DNA of 37,395 bases from a virus (taxonomy: Duplodnaviria > Caudoviricetes). Location of the stretch: the IMG/VR virus record IMGVR_UViG_3300008253_000002, positions 1-37,395 of that record. One strand, 5' to 3'. Below, one piece after another: positions 17,801 to 25,375 of the stretch. The notes under the pieces are model-generated. The model saw nothing but the letters and a program-made list of their open reading frames with translations, was not told the origin of the DNA and did not search any database. Numbering within the stretch: position 1 is the first letter of the stretch; each line of letters starts with the position of its first letter. The translations under genes and the position numbers were made by a program.

Positions 17801-20519
17801 GTTAATAAGTGTGATGAATAAACATGGGATTAGTCTTGATGATTTAGACCTCTTCGTCTATGTCAAACACGCTGATGAGCGGAACACCTACATTGCCTCT
17901 ATTAATGACGGTATGCCTGATGGTGGGTCTGGTCTGTACACGAATCCGTTGGAGGTCACTGACAAGCATCTGGAAAAGTTACTCAAGGAAGAGGAAACAG
18001 TAGATAGATTAAGACTAGATATCAACTCTGCTATCAATGGTCTGTCCCCAACAGAGTGGTTGAACGAGTTACAAGACAATAACCCACAGACGCATGAAAA
18101 CTTACTTGAAGCCGCTCAGATCGCTTGGAATATAAATCGTGATACGTTAGCGGAGCTAAAACGCGGTGGTATTATCAGTGAAAAAGTAAAAGATATATTA
18201 ACAGCACGAAATCAATACTATGTCCCATTGAAAGGTGGCGATCAGTATGAGACTACATCTGGTAGTGGTAGTAAGTTCTCTATCTTGGGTACTGGTCTTG
18301 GTAAGGCTATGGGTAGACGCTCAATGGCAGAAAGTCCTATTATCCACACGATTGCTGGTCGCATGGATTCAATAGTTAGAGTCAATAAGAACTTGGTTGG
18401 TAACAAGGTTGTTGAGTTAGTCATGGCTCACCCAGACAAGAAGTTATGGAGTATGGCTAGTACCCACTTTAAGTCATACGTCAGTCTTGAGCGTGAAGGT
18501 ACTGAGGGTGGTGTTGGTGCTGGTGAGATGTTCTTTGGTATAGACTCGGAAGAGTTAGCGGCACTTAAAGATCAGGTCGTTGATTCAGCAATAGACAAGA
18601 ACCGAGTTATCCGCGCCATAGAAACAACAGATGTAGACACAGGGGACGTTACTAAGGTTCGTAAAGTTGTCATGATAAAAGACAATTCCTATGTCTATAA
18701 GGATTCTACTTTCACTACTATGTTTGACGGTAAAGTTATCGCTGTCACGATCCACGATAAGTTAGTATTGAATGCCTTGAAAGGGTCGATGGTCAGTGAT
18801 GAATCAGACATCATGCGGGTATTCCAAATACTCAGTAGCTATCAACGATTCCTCTCCAAAATGTACACTAGCTACAGCCCTAACTTCGTAGGCACTAACG
18901 CTCAACGTGACATTGAGTCTATGCTGATTAATACGGTTGGTGGCGCGGAGTTCTCTGAAGGTTCTACCCAAAGTGACTTCGCTATGCGCGCTATCAAAAA
19001 CATTAAAGATGCTTTCTTCGGTATACGAGACTTTCAAGCTGGGAAAAACACTACGTGGGCTAAAAACTATAAGCAGATGCGTAAGGCTGGTGGGTCTATG
19101 AGTTACGCAAACCTACGCGATGCTGATGCTCTTATGAAAGAGGTTATGAATGACCTAAATAGGTATGGAACTATCCACGGATCTATGTTGGCGACAGGCG
19201 GTAGTGTCTTTAAAGCGATAGACAACTTCAATAGTGCTATAGAAAATACCGTAAGATTATCTGTGTTTGAAGCGGGTATTCATTTCGGACTCTCTAAACT
19301 TAAGTCAGCTAAACTATCCAGAGACATTTCTGTTGACCACGGTAAGAAAGGTGAATGGGGTCAGGTTATCGGTGCATTATATATGTTCGGACCGACTACT
19401 ATTCAGAGTGGTGTTAACCTAATACACAGACTATTCACATCCCATAGATACCAGAAGGTTGTGGCGTTGCTCATTGGTCTTGGGTTCATCCTAGCAATGA
19501 AGAACTCTTTAGACGGTGGTGAGGACGAGGATGGCAACCCATACTGGGATCAGATACCACACCATTATAAGCGATCACGATTAATATATCTGTTCGATGA
19601 CGGGACTAGCTGGAACTTACGTCTTCCATACGGTGCGGCTATCTTCCCATACATTGGTACATTGATGCATGAAGCGGCAACAAAACCCAATACGTCTATA
19701 CCAGACATTGCAGAAAAGTTAATACTATCCGCATCCGCAAACTTCAATCCACTTGGTGGTGGGGATTTTATAGACGCAATCACCCCAACCGCACTTAAAC
19801 TTATTGTCCAACCGTATAGAAATGTAAATTGGATGGGTACAAATGTCTACCCGTCAGGCCAGTATGATGACCGCAACAAAATGGATCACCTTAAGACTTG
19901 GGACTCAACAAACAAAACACTTAAAAGTATAATGAAAGCGTTCAATGACCTCAGTATAACTGATAATCCTGACAGTGTATTTTATAACGACACCTACGAT
20001 ACTAACCAATCTGGGTTTATAGATGTGTCCCCTGAAGTTGTGAAGCTAGCGTTCTCGCACCTCACTGGTGGGTTTGGGTCATCTATCGTAACACTAGGTA
20101 AGTTAGGTACGAAGATAGCTGAAGGTGAGGGTGGTGACATTGGTTGGAACGAAGTCCCTGTAGTACAAACCCTCACGATGTCGTGGGAGGCAGACCCACT
20201 TGATATGAAGGCTACACGGGATGAATACTATAGCTTGAAAGAAGCCGCAAAAACAATATCTAGTGGCTATGATTTGCGTACAAAAGATGGTCAGAAATAC
20301 CGCGAGGATCACTCTAACATTATAAACCTTAATAGCATGACTAGGCGTTATGACGAGGACATTAGCTACCAAAAAGGTGAATTGAAAGGGTTAGACCCAC
20401 TAAGCGATAAATATAAAAGCATTAGATCTAATATAAAACATCGGTATAATAGCTTTATAGGGGAGTATGAAAAAGCCTATGTCGAAGACGAAGAATACCG
20501 TAGGAACCAGTCGCGTTAA
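8805..20519 (+). CDS. Giant polyvalent (DarB-like) virion-delivered protein: Gly-rich hydrophobic N-terminus, amino-DNA methyltransferase, Strawberry-notch-type SF2 helicase, zincin metallopeptidase motif, LPD38-like C-terminus; 3904 aa
   Basis: MTase: QYSTP, YEPTAGNG (~11510), VNELD, ANPPFG (~11690). Helicase: ADQTGVGKGR (~13240), LDEAH (~13730), SAT, GEITGR, AGSTGLSIHA, QLLGRINRTGQ (~14950). Peptidase: RHEVIAH (~17195) plus AEEVLA. C-terminus: YWDQIP...RLPYG...NFNPLGG. Confidence 0.88.
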   Translation: MANSENQLSTEEYERILGNITSFGGTSNKLAEDSHKERMRELEEAYNPDHSTFLANHFKHGLQRDGNSLQLTAAGFTGQTDHAIDTILAQNQYDFDHPNDLPTDRFYKAYEKAEDPIDVGKAVYDEFKGATGLLAENMSQYASHVPAMVAGGFTGAKIGSVGGPPGALAGGTIGTIAGGGAVSVALEYGSAVRGAVNTYLIERGLDPLDRDNIAKAIAEGDLLNTERVPAATKGLILGLVDRLSLGMMGKVASGSSHAITKGLKAAGIQGGSEFTGELLGNLAQEIARDPDKPLIDHNLAWQDATLEGLIGVGASTIEISALSMLNNKGRDNVMRGGEAPYDFDGFTSRYDSSQPNDPSPNPEDTVQPQDIDGQKLIESEQIVADQQSAGDAYNGVNSAPTPVVPINDDTPSSTTTESSDAQHLRDLLNKAQTPDPTPTTPETPIVVADEGDGVITVDPQGDTTGGIIPDAVEPEQPEDPVTTEDTQAKNSFPINNFKVGSDTDWTTNAFLGMIQLAKKHGINNITNNYGVEVDSENGVFAIKSNETDEVLTDDEWANLIKSGGQIVDSVPEENQADIDKKELASASRSQKQRDKWKDQDIHEAKNRTWVWTKGRAEKNQINRGLEDTHHIDTRPHNGETEYILRKNRPPSEDFTWVGAERNTDDGVFGYVRIDSGDAGTILRQLGYSGEPTTMPDDFDIARTYGSGTPISTGDQVYQVSITDFENLVGKKEGGDTSGSLQETEIQEEGQEETKVIPTSGRLEAESIDAYKTRLKQALSDAIDGDGIKNNNALKKIMQGVSDNPKAIPDSLEQKDAQELIEVILVDRAHKISRGEGTLREKFDAIIALTAKIPNLNIRTSESMDKQQYSTPAPLAYAVSIMSGVAESEDGNPYVAGEQPTIYEPTAGNGMLLIGSERDNYTFVNELDPNRVKNLKSAGFTNVWNENILTDTPTNDIFEVVVANPPFGKHGMLSNIDQIILKKSMERLEDDGTAVFIISGDQTKRVGNISPSDQKFFRELTKKYNVTDVFEVGGNLYKSQGTTYPVRVIKIEGKTPTSDETRLSWLRSGDGLDTHVDRFTTWDEVYERSTRKTVVSEPSGDESLIKDGDGALDGQTPEVITPDKKESGLQNKTTTGGSGSGGGVGTGDPKVDGRPSTGDTRPDVGSPDIGTGDPTGGIGLTDVPDVALPDKQPTGDTDTGKNVSRDSTGDSGTGSTPDDGATKRVTEGVTPKAKDGSSLSPELQEKLDSGMNTIFDILVDVTKTQTLTPEEKAKLFPALAKLFEVAISAGYTKFKEATKFVLAQISKALGVVMAKAIEITEMMGVYQAVADPNSEGTTSIIELITKDGGFVDADGKPSTEVMHSELLDTVEDVIVEESTDEQGTQPDKVEEQGSDYQVPYPVKSRGFNESVLIPVALKEPTERFLNKLESEVGDIDQYVMEELGYKSVDELWKGLMGLQVDGVASAIYNINNGGATIIADQTGVGKGRQAAALIRYAKKIGKIPVFVTIDPNLFTDMWDDLADIGTTDIVPFIFNDKEGITVKVTEDLSDAIASIETQVSNWEITTSEADIIIDGMIAGNKPTSKLIHVTKGVKRKQTFESIIETGELPDGINSLFFTYSQITSDNIQRKVVEAIADRALFVLDEAHNIAGEKTRKVNKEDPKVTGAGFMTDVISGKPTVYLSATFAKTPDNLGGFMNTDLRIAVRKEGDIGSALAVGGIPLQTISTSTLAEYGQVMRRERSFKGIEVNKTVLTDQKEHHAELFDAVTTVLRAIIEADRSFHDNDIHAANKVLKMQLSSVGASKSVAPTLDHTSFSSTVHNYINQILMAVKVEDAVAWALEAHSNDEKIVIGIQNTMMSFIEHYSSENGLVNGDVIEANFSDVLTRALDRTLLVKEKGSLDDPSPFPISKLSKTTSDAYDKAYSAINNLVGDLEELVIPISPIDYLIRKLSDHNINMGEITGRTIRLNYDNSLGSVDGDIGVPTLDSRPKPDKRGIVDDFNSGVLDGLIVNQAGSTGLSIHASEKYDDQKVRHMLVLQPMGDINRFMQLLGRINRTGQVRLPKYTLLSTALPAEIRAVIVLARKLASLNANTSANDKSDVSVDAPDIFNKYGDEIVNDFLVDNREIAEVLGLHKNMVTEPDKESQIDIARKFTGRAALLDTDKLDAIYRQINSDYKDNIDYLNTVGQNELTTQVLDLKAKILFSIVFLEGRDPTHLFGVNTILHKVSMKSQGKPPKGKDVAYAISKSLGDTGSPEAFAKTILDSKLKADKDAEYTISMEANLTALGQLKKELEYEERIARRHKAIARTVTEDPVDYKKEIKAIETAIEDQDIQLGANQHITNITTQAITSIFTVGRAVKLDIDGDIMHGIVVDVRDSHQTGIGSPYTLGKTSVTFMVASGMRQIKLPLTKLINPLTGFPQKGSVVVDLGKNIVEEGVKSAGGSGKSSAKLHKNITLLADLLKPIFDKKANLELREERVIATGNLIAVASKLNGTVIRFTDEHGAVHTGFLLSKQFAKNFDMSSDSSQPFLLLKPEYITNFLSDYQKDWWDNERIGPRRAVKHPFSPTTAIHSPTRAVQIVPHDGIMKIVINSKAGKDALPLTKAAKKQEFNAVLHSKRLKDSGLLFAGRSGSSMSAVFSTENMHEVITTLIGNDEVKGLVDLYAMGSSRDAFIKAGMPEAKPAENTFETKVEPKSEDDNSPEILSRIMGSSRDPQFGDSMSTDEVGVAAQRMVAELKLHDSVDSPRIQVYATQVEAFGSEATVDKVGIRAGGYDPVHNVVILIAEHMHSEEDVRSTMRHEVIAHYGLNLLDPKEKKSIIDKISASRKVLWMSKIWKKIDERYGDSPESVKAEEVLAYLAESKLGKAQELFMKIASFIAKVLRKMGFFKGKTTVAELHSIINRLAMRIREKRHRYETNSENSQQVMFMNRGRGGNTFAESLSNTHAFLRRKFTDSLQPIADLQDSYGEVLPDEQDVHGHEKVMRGQVGTGVEDFTNGKYKQLISVMNKHGISLDDLDLFVYVKHADERNTYIASINDGMPDGGSGLYTNPLEVTDKHLEKLLKEEETVDRLRLDINSAINGLSPTEWLNELQDNNPQTHENLLEAAQIAWNINRDTLAELKRGGIISEKVKDILTARNQYYVPLKGGDQYETTSGSGSKFSILGTGLGKAMGRRSMAESPIIHTIAGRMDSIVRVNKNLVGNKVVELVMAHPDKKLWSMASTHFKSYVSLEREGTEGGVGAGEMFFGIDSEELAALKDQVVDSAIDKNRVIRAIETTDVDTGDVTKVRKVVMIKDNSYVYKDSTFTTMFDGKVIAVTIHDKLVLNALKGSMVSDESDIMRVFQILSSYQRFLSKMYTSYSPNFVGTNAQRDIESMLINTVGGAEFSEGSTQSDFAMRAIKNIKDAFFGIRDFQAGKNTTWAKNYKQMRKAGGSMSYANLRDADALMKEVMNDLNRYGTIHGSMLATGGSVFKAIDNFNSAIENTVRLSVFEAGIHFGLSKLKSAKLSRDISVDHGKKGEWGQVIGALYMFGPTTIQSGVNLIHRLFTSHRYQKVVALLIGLGFILAMKNSLDGGEDEDGNPYWDQIPHHYKRSRLIYLFDDGTSWNLRLPYGAAIFPYIGTLMHEAATKPNTSIPDIAEKLILSASANFNPLGGGDFIDAITPTALKLIVQPYRNVNWMGTNVYPSGQYDDRNKMDHLKTWDSTNKTLKSIMKAFNDLSITDNPDSVFYNDTYDTNQSGFIDVSPEVVKLAFSHLTGGFGSSIVTLGKLGTKIAEGEGGDIGWNEVPVVQTLTMSWEADPLDMKATRDEYYSLKEAAKTISSGYDLRTKDGQKYREDHSNIINLNSMTRRYDEDISYQKGELKGLDPLSDKYKSIRSNIKHRYNSFIGEYEKAYVEDEEYRRNQSR

Positions 20520-20535
20520 TGTAGTACACTATACC

Positions 20536-20596
20536 TATCTACTTGGTGGTAGATATGGCTCTGGTGTGTAGATGGTTATCCTTTTCTCTCTACACA
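20536..20596. terminator. Two inverted repeats in the convergent intergenic gap, possible transcription stop
   Basis: TATCTAC/GTAGATA (20536-20555) and TGTGTAGA/TCTACACA (20565-20596); no clear U-tract. Confidence 0.3.
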
Positions 20597-20614
20597 TCCA
20601 GTGCCACCCCAACT

Positions 20615-21064
20615 CTAAACAGAACTCCGTCTATTATTATTGCCATAGTTTGAATGGTGACGTTCAAAACTACTTCCAGAAGATCCTAAAGCCAACCGCT
20701 CTACAAAGTCAGCATCATACTGCGGCACTTCCACCTTACGAACCCCTGCCGCTAGTATATTCTCCATGTCTTTCGCAACTTGCATTTTAGTCCATAAAAA
20801 ACTCCCGTCTACATTCCTCTGATAATTAGCGGCATAAGCGTTCTCTATAGCCGATAATCTATTTGGTCTAATATTCACCTTGTTACTTATTGCGTATGAT
20901 AAAAATCCAGTACCAGTTGCGGTGAATATATACCCGTCCATACACTCTAACGTAGTGCCATACGACCCACTACTAACTGCTTTAAACCCACCAAACCCAG
21001 AATTTAAAACATCAATTAAAGCTGACACACGGTTTTGGCAATGTCGTAAACTTAACGCACTCAT
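20615..21064 (-). CDS. Hypothetical protein, 149 aa
   Basis: GGAG RBS upstream, co-oriented with the operon; no motif recognised. Confidence 0.6.
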   Translation of the reverse strand: MSALSLRHCQNRVSALIDVLNSGFGGFKAVSSGSYGTTLECMDGYIFTATGTGFLSYAISNKVNIRPNRLSAIENAYAANYQRNVDGSFLWTKMQVAKDMENILAAGVRKVEVPQYDADFVERLALGSSGSSFERHHSNYGNNNRRSSV

Positions 21065-21078
21065 AGTTAAACTCCATG

Positions 21079-21375
21079 TTATTTTTTTGGCTCATGTGAA
21101 TTTGATGGATGATACACACGATATTTCTCAGCAATCTCTTTCTGCCTATCCAACGCCTCATTCAGCCAGTACACACCCTTTTCTAAGTCCTGTACTGGAT
21201 CTCCCTTTAATCTAAATCTCCATACATACTTAATCACCTGACCGATACAAGACGCGGTGTAACCGTCAGTACAGCTAGCTAACGCAGATTTTATTGCATC
21301 CTTACACTCAACCTCTCCCGCAGTATAATGTGGTGGGTTATTAACCAAATCTAACTTCGTTTCACTCACTATCAC
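21079..21375 (-). CDS. DUF3310 family protein (T7 gp1.7-like nucleotide kinase family)
   Basis: DLVNNPPHY...ECKDAI...GQVIKYVWR...KGDPVQDLEKG signature. Confidence 0.88.
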   Translation of the reverse strand: MIVSETKLDLVNNPPHYTAGEVECKDAIKSALASCTDGYTASCIGQVIKYVWRFRLKGDPVQDLEKGVYWLNEALDRQKEIAEKYRVYHPSNSHEPKK

Positions 21376-21460
21376 CCCCTAATACTAACCTAAATATAAA
21401 ATCAACCACCCCTACAAACACAAGGATTGGCAAAACAAAAATCGCATATAAATATGTCAT
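21362..21460 (-). CDS. Small hydrophobic peptide, 32 aa (not in ORF track)
   Basis: MTYLYAIFVLPILVFVGVVDFIFRLVLGGDSE*; ATGA overlap with the SNF2 stop, GGAGG RBS, fills the intergenic gap. Confidence 0.6.
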   Translation of the reverse strand: MTYLYAIFVLPILVFVGVVDFIFRLVLGGDSE

Positions 21461-22830
21461 ACTTCCTCCATTAACTTTAACCTCTCTACCTCTTTTGCTA
21501 ACCCAACCAATAATGACTGTTGTACTGATTCTTTCGCCTTCAATGACTCCACTACACGCTCATCGATAGTATTCTTTGCAACAATATAGTTAATGACAGT
21601 AGTCTCAGTTTGTCCTTGTCTGTGTAACCTGCCAACCGCCTGTAAGTAATGCTCGTTTGACCACGGCAAACAATAAAACACCATCTGATTCCCGCCGTGC
21701 TGTAGATTTAACCCATGCCCCATAGACTGAAAATGACCACACAGTAACCTCAACTTCCCATCATTGAAATCTCGTACTGAGTTGGGGGTTTTTATATGTG
21801 TGGCAAACGGGAACCGCGTTTTTATAGCACTCCAATCTGCCTTAAACTCGTAGAACAATAATATAGGTGTCACAGAACTTTCTACTAACTCGCTCAACGC
21901 CTTAAGCTTTTCGACATGGATCTGGACGATCTCCTTGACCTCGGTATATAAAAACCCGTTACACGCTTGGCGTAATTTCCCAGACAGGACAGCAGAGTTC
22001 ACTGCCGCTATAGGGTTATTAGCTATCTCAACTATGAAGTCACGCTCTAACTGCTTGTAAGTTGTATATGCCTTTTCTGGCAACGTGACATTAATGGTGT
22101 TGTGTATCAATGGAGGTAAACTAAGATAGTCCTCTTTAGACATACGAAGAGTAATATCTTTGATCCTCTCCATAATATCATTACCAGCCCCATGCCTTAA
22201 TTCCCAATTCCACTTATTGTAGTCAGTAGGGTAGAAAAACTCATTCTGAAATGTTGTGAATGATTTATGTAACCTCGTACCACCATCAATCAATCTGAAC
22301 TGTGTCCATAGTGATGCTAATGTATTCGCGGCAGGAGTTGCTGACAGACAAAACACCCTGTCTACTTTGTTCCTAATCCCTTTAAGCGTCTTAAATCGTT
22401 TACTAGAGTGATTCTTAACCATACTAGACTCGTCCAGTATCAAAGTATCATATGACCAAGCAATTCCCTGGTCTTTTAATTCTTGAACTAACCAACCCAC
22501 TAAGTCATATGACATTGATATAATTTTAGGATCAGACGCTAACAGCTCTCTTCTTCTCTGTGGATTACCATTAATCGGTATTACTGATATGTCCTTTAGG
22601 TGTTCCCATTCATATGGCTCTTCCGCCCAAACACTCTCAGCAATTCGTGGAGTCCCTAGAATTAGTGCTTTTTTACATTTCCCATCAGCAATTAACTTTT
22701 TTAGGGCGGTCAACATTGTGACTGTTTTTCCAAGCCCAGTGTCATATGAAAGTAGCCCACCTTCTAAGCGACTAATTAGGAAATCAACACCAACTCTTTG
22801 GTACTTGAATAAGTCAGTGTCACTCCGCAT
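21457..22830 (-). CDS. SNF2-family (SF2) phage helicase; start could instead be 22845
   Basis: KYQ Q-motif, DTGLGKT, ILDESS, SATP, GHGLNLQ, QAVGRLHRQGQ. Confidence 0.93.
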   Translation of the reverse strand: MRSDTDLFKYQRVGVDFLISRLEGGLLSYDTGLGKTVTMLTALKKLIADGKCKKALILGTPRIAESVWAEEPYEWEHLKDISVIPINGNPQRRRELLASDPKIISMSYDLVGWLVQELKDQGIAWSYDTLILDESSMVKNHSSKRFKTLKGIRNKVDRVFCLSATPAANTLASLWTQFRLIDGGTRLHKSFTTFQNEFFYPTDYNKWNWELRHGAGNDIMERIKDITLRMSKEDYLSLPPLIHNTINVTLPEKAYTTYKQLERDFIVEIANNPIAAVNSAVLSGKLRQACNGFLYTEVKEIVQIHVEKLKALSELVESSVTPILLFYEFKADWSAIKTRFPFATHIKTPNSVRDFNDGKLRLLCGHFQSMGHGLNLQHGGNQMVFYCLPWSNEHYLQAVGRLHRQGQTETTVINYIVAKNTIDERVVESLKAKESVQQSLLVGLAKEVERLKLMEEV

Positions 22831-23257
22831 TTGTCCGTTCCCCATCAGTAGGTAGATACACCTCTACCACATCACGGTCAACCTCTTCGGCAACCCCTAA
22901 TTCCCAAGCATCCCAATGAACTCTACTATTGTTGGTGCTGAACATCCCATGCAACTCTTCATTCAGTGCCATGATACACCTTGCGATGCAACTGCTTTGG
23001 TTATTAGCCAACTTCACATGAACTGTGTTATCACTGATCGCGGAATCCCAACGTATCTTTTCTCGTATTGCTGATATGCTGTAGCTTTTCCGCTTAGATA
23101 CACGTTTAAGATACTTTGCGTTTCGCTCAAACGCATCAAACACATACATATTATTTGGCAACCACTCAACGAAGTTCTTTACCACCTTGTCATTAATCCC
23201 ATCGAACAACTCAGGACGTGACTTTACAAGATTAACTATCTCTTCAGCCTGTCTCAT
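22820..23257 (-). CDS. Phage hypothetical protein, 145 aa
   Basis: Overlaps both neighbours; YSISAIREKIRWD...KLANN...IAR resembles an uncharacterised phage family. Confidence 0.65.
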   Translation of the reverse strand: MRQAEEIVNLVKSRPELFDGINDKVVKNFVEWLPNNMYVFDAFERNAKYLKRVSKRKSYSISAIREKIRWDSAISDNTVHVKLANNQSSCIARCIMALNEELHGMFSTNNSRVHWDAWELGVAEEVDRDVVEVYLPTDGERTNAE

Positions 23258-23540
23258 TACTCATTACCTCCGCAACTAATGAATCTACACCATCTTTTGA
23301 ATCTATGACCTCTACCCTCAACCCAAACAACCGCAACCTGTTAATCTGGTGCTGTTGCAACGCAGTAAGGGAGTTGCCCTTGCCCAGAGCCTTTAACTCC
23401 ACGGCAATAACAACTCCCCTCGGGAAAATGCACAGTCTATCTGGAACACCTCTAGTAGATGGGGATGACCACTTAAAGGCATCACCCCCCACAGACCTAA
23501 CCTGTTTAACTAGATATTTTTCAATAACAGACTCTCGCAT
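23244..23540 (-). CDS. VRR-NUC domain nuclease
   Basis: MRESVIEKYL, GVPDR, VELKA, LTALQ motifs; usual position next to a SNF2 helicase. Confidence 0.92.
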   Translation of the reverse strand: MRESVIEKYLVKQVRSVGGDAFKWSSPSTRGVPDRLCIFPRGVVIAVELKALGKGNSLTALQQHQINRLRLFGLRVEVIDSKDGVDSLVAEVMSNETG

Positions 23541-23543
23541 AAC

Positions 23544-24236
23544 CTAAAATGGTACACGATCATCTGATGCTACTTTAGGCGGCACTATCTCACCTTCCTT
23601 TGGTATATCTGCTATGGTTTTGTATCCAGTAGCCTTAGCCAGTTCTACCGTATCAACCCAACCCATGATATTTATCTCTGGTGCAGGGACAGACTTGGTT
23701 TTGTTACGAGCCTTCTTACTTGGCATATCCCAAGAAGTTAAAGACACTATAGGCATCTGAAACTTACCAACCTTTCTGGCATTTTGCATATACCCTTTTA
23801 TCAATTTAGATACAGCTACCGTTCCCCCAACCGTGGACGTTGAATACTTATACAACTCCCCTGTCTGAAAGTCCGTGAAGTCAATCTTCAACACGTTCTT
23901 CCACCCATCCCCATCAGAGTAAACACCACTCTTGTCTGGAGAATAGTCTTTTAACTCTGACTTTTTAGGGAAATTATCCGCACCAGAGTCAACATCCTTG
24001 TACAACGCTGTAACCTCTGACGGTACGCTACCATCAACGTAGCAAAGAAACCCTTTTGCCGCACTATTGTGTACGTCTACAACAAATATCTGCTCTGGCA
24101 ATATTGGAGATTGATCCTCACCATATAACCAATCACCTGCCTTGAACTTGGTGTAGTAAAACGCACCACCCTCATCTGCCACACCCTCATCAAATGCCGA
24201 CATTCCTAACTCACTCACTTTCATTAAATCACTCAC
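23544..24236 (-). CDS. Probable single-stranded DNA-binding protein
   Basis: Aromatic beta-rich core (YTKFKAGDWLYG, YSTSTVGG, PIVSL); acidic tail DDRVPF resembling the SSB tip DDDIPF; adjacent to the exonuclease. Confidence 0.65.
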   Translation of the reverse strand: MSDLMKVSELGMSAFDEGVADEGGAFYYTKFKAGDWLYGEDQSPILPEQIFVVDVHNSAAKGFLCYVDGSVPSEVTALYKDVDSGADNFPKKSELKDYSPDKSGVYSDGDGWKNVLKIDFTDFQTGELYKYSTSTVGGTVAVSKLIKGYMQNARKVGKFQMPIVSLTSWDMPSKKARNKTKSVPAPEINIMGWVDTVELAKATGYKTIADIPKEGEIVPPKVASDDRVPF

Positions 24237-25375
24237 TTTGTCACCTCTTTCATCGTTGATATAGTTAATCTCTCTGATTCTTTTCCATCTATATAAAATG
24301 GGGATAAATCAATCCCAATTTCTTCTATCTGTGCCGTGTCTAATTTCTTCCTCCCTGCCACGGTAGTTAACTTAACTTTGAACCCAGTTCCGTCACATGA
24401 ACCAGACACGACACCGCATCCAACTTCGTGCAGGAACATCTTGATTTCTTCCTCTACAAAACCCTTCGTCTTAGTTGCCTTTTTAATCTCCTTCATATAT
24501 ACATCTCTCTCCATGACTAGCTTAGATATATGTTTCATATCTCTCTCGTCTAGGACATTTTCTTTGGGTGGGTCATACTTCAGTACAGACTCACCACATG
24601 AATCTCTCCAAGCACAATAATCACACTCCCCTGTGTATTTGCCCTCGGCTAATAACTTTCTCGGATCATCTAGGTTGCTGAAAATCTTAGCTACCCTGCC
24701 ACGAACTGCGTCAGCAACAGTAGGATCATACCGAATCTCAAACATCGTTATATCCTGATAGTCAGATGCGTTCACATAGATGATCCAACCCCGATCAGGT
24801 CTGTGGTCGGTCTTTTTATGATACAAATCCATTTGAACCTGTACCTGAACAACGTGATCCTCTTTAGGCTCAGATAAATTAGATCGTGGGTCAATTGATT
24901 TAATCTCAATCGCAACCTCATCATCGTCAGGATCATCTGTAGTGCCAGTTTCAGACTCACCAAAATGTTTAGCAGACGTACTGTATGATCTGTTGATAGA
25001 TAACAACCCATCAGAAGTTGCTGACAATTTCCCATCGACTAATGTGACTTGGTTATCTCCCCAATACCAGAAAGCGTAATACCTATATGGTTCTACACGG
25101 TCACGCACTAAACTATCAATCAGGTTAGAAAGCCAATACTCAACATTGTGACCACGCTCCAAAAACCCCCAACGATTCTTGTAACCCACATCCTTTGGGT
25201 GATCTGATTTGTCATACGCCACAGCCCTTAAACATTTATTACTGCTACTTGCACCAACAGTTTTAGAGCGGTCATGAACATCACCAGACTGAGTACGAAA
25301 CTCCGTCTTTTTAGCGTATGGTATATCTATCAAAGACTGTCGGAACGCTGTTAAGTCATCCATTTGAACCACCAT
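24233..25375 (-). CDS. Cas4-like PD-(D/E)XK exonuclease
   Basis: KCLR, ERGH, TSDG, IEIKS, QVQVQM and CDYCAWRDSC give a four-Cys Fe-S pattern around a RecB-like core. Confidence 0.85.
   Translation of the reverse strand: MVVQMDDLTAFRQSLIDIPYAKKTEFRTQSGDVHDRSKTVGASSSNKCLRAVAYDKSDHPKDVGYKNRWGFLERGHNVEYWLSNLIDSLVRDRVEPYRYYAFWYWGDNQVTLVDGKLSATSDGLLSINRSYSTSAKHFGESETGTTDDPDDDEVAIEIKSIDPRSNLSEPKEDHVVQVQVQMDLYHKKTDHRPDRGWIIYVNASDYQDITMFEIRYDPTVADAVRGRVAKIFSNLDDPRKLLAEGKYTGECDYCAWRDSCGESVLKYDPPKENVLDERDMKHISKLVMERDVYMKEIKKATKTKGFVEEEIKMFLHEVGCGVVSGSCDGTGFKVKLTTVAGRKKLDTAQIEEIGIDLSPFYIDGKESERLTISTMKEVTK

Noticed and set aside
9233-20372. Many antisense and shifted ORFs inside the giant gene, e.g. 11930-12676 and 12998-13681
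   Set aside because: Shadow frames of a long coding sequence with no recognisable motifs
24233-25375. Cas4-like gene as part of a CRISPR-Cas system
   Set aside because: No array or other cas genes; stand-alone Cas4-like exonucleases are common in phage replication modules
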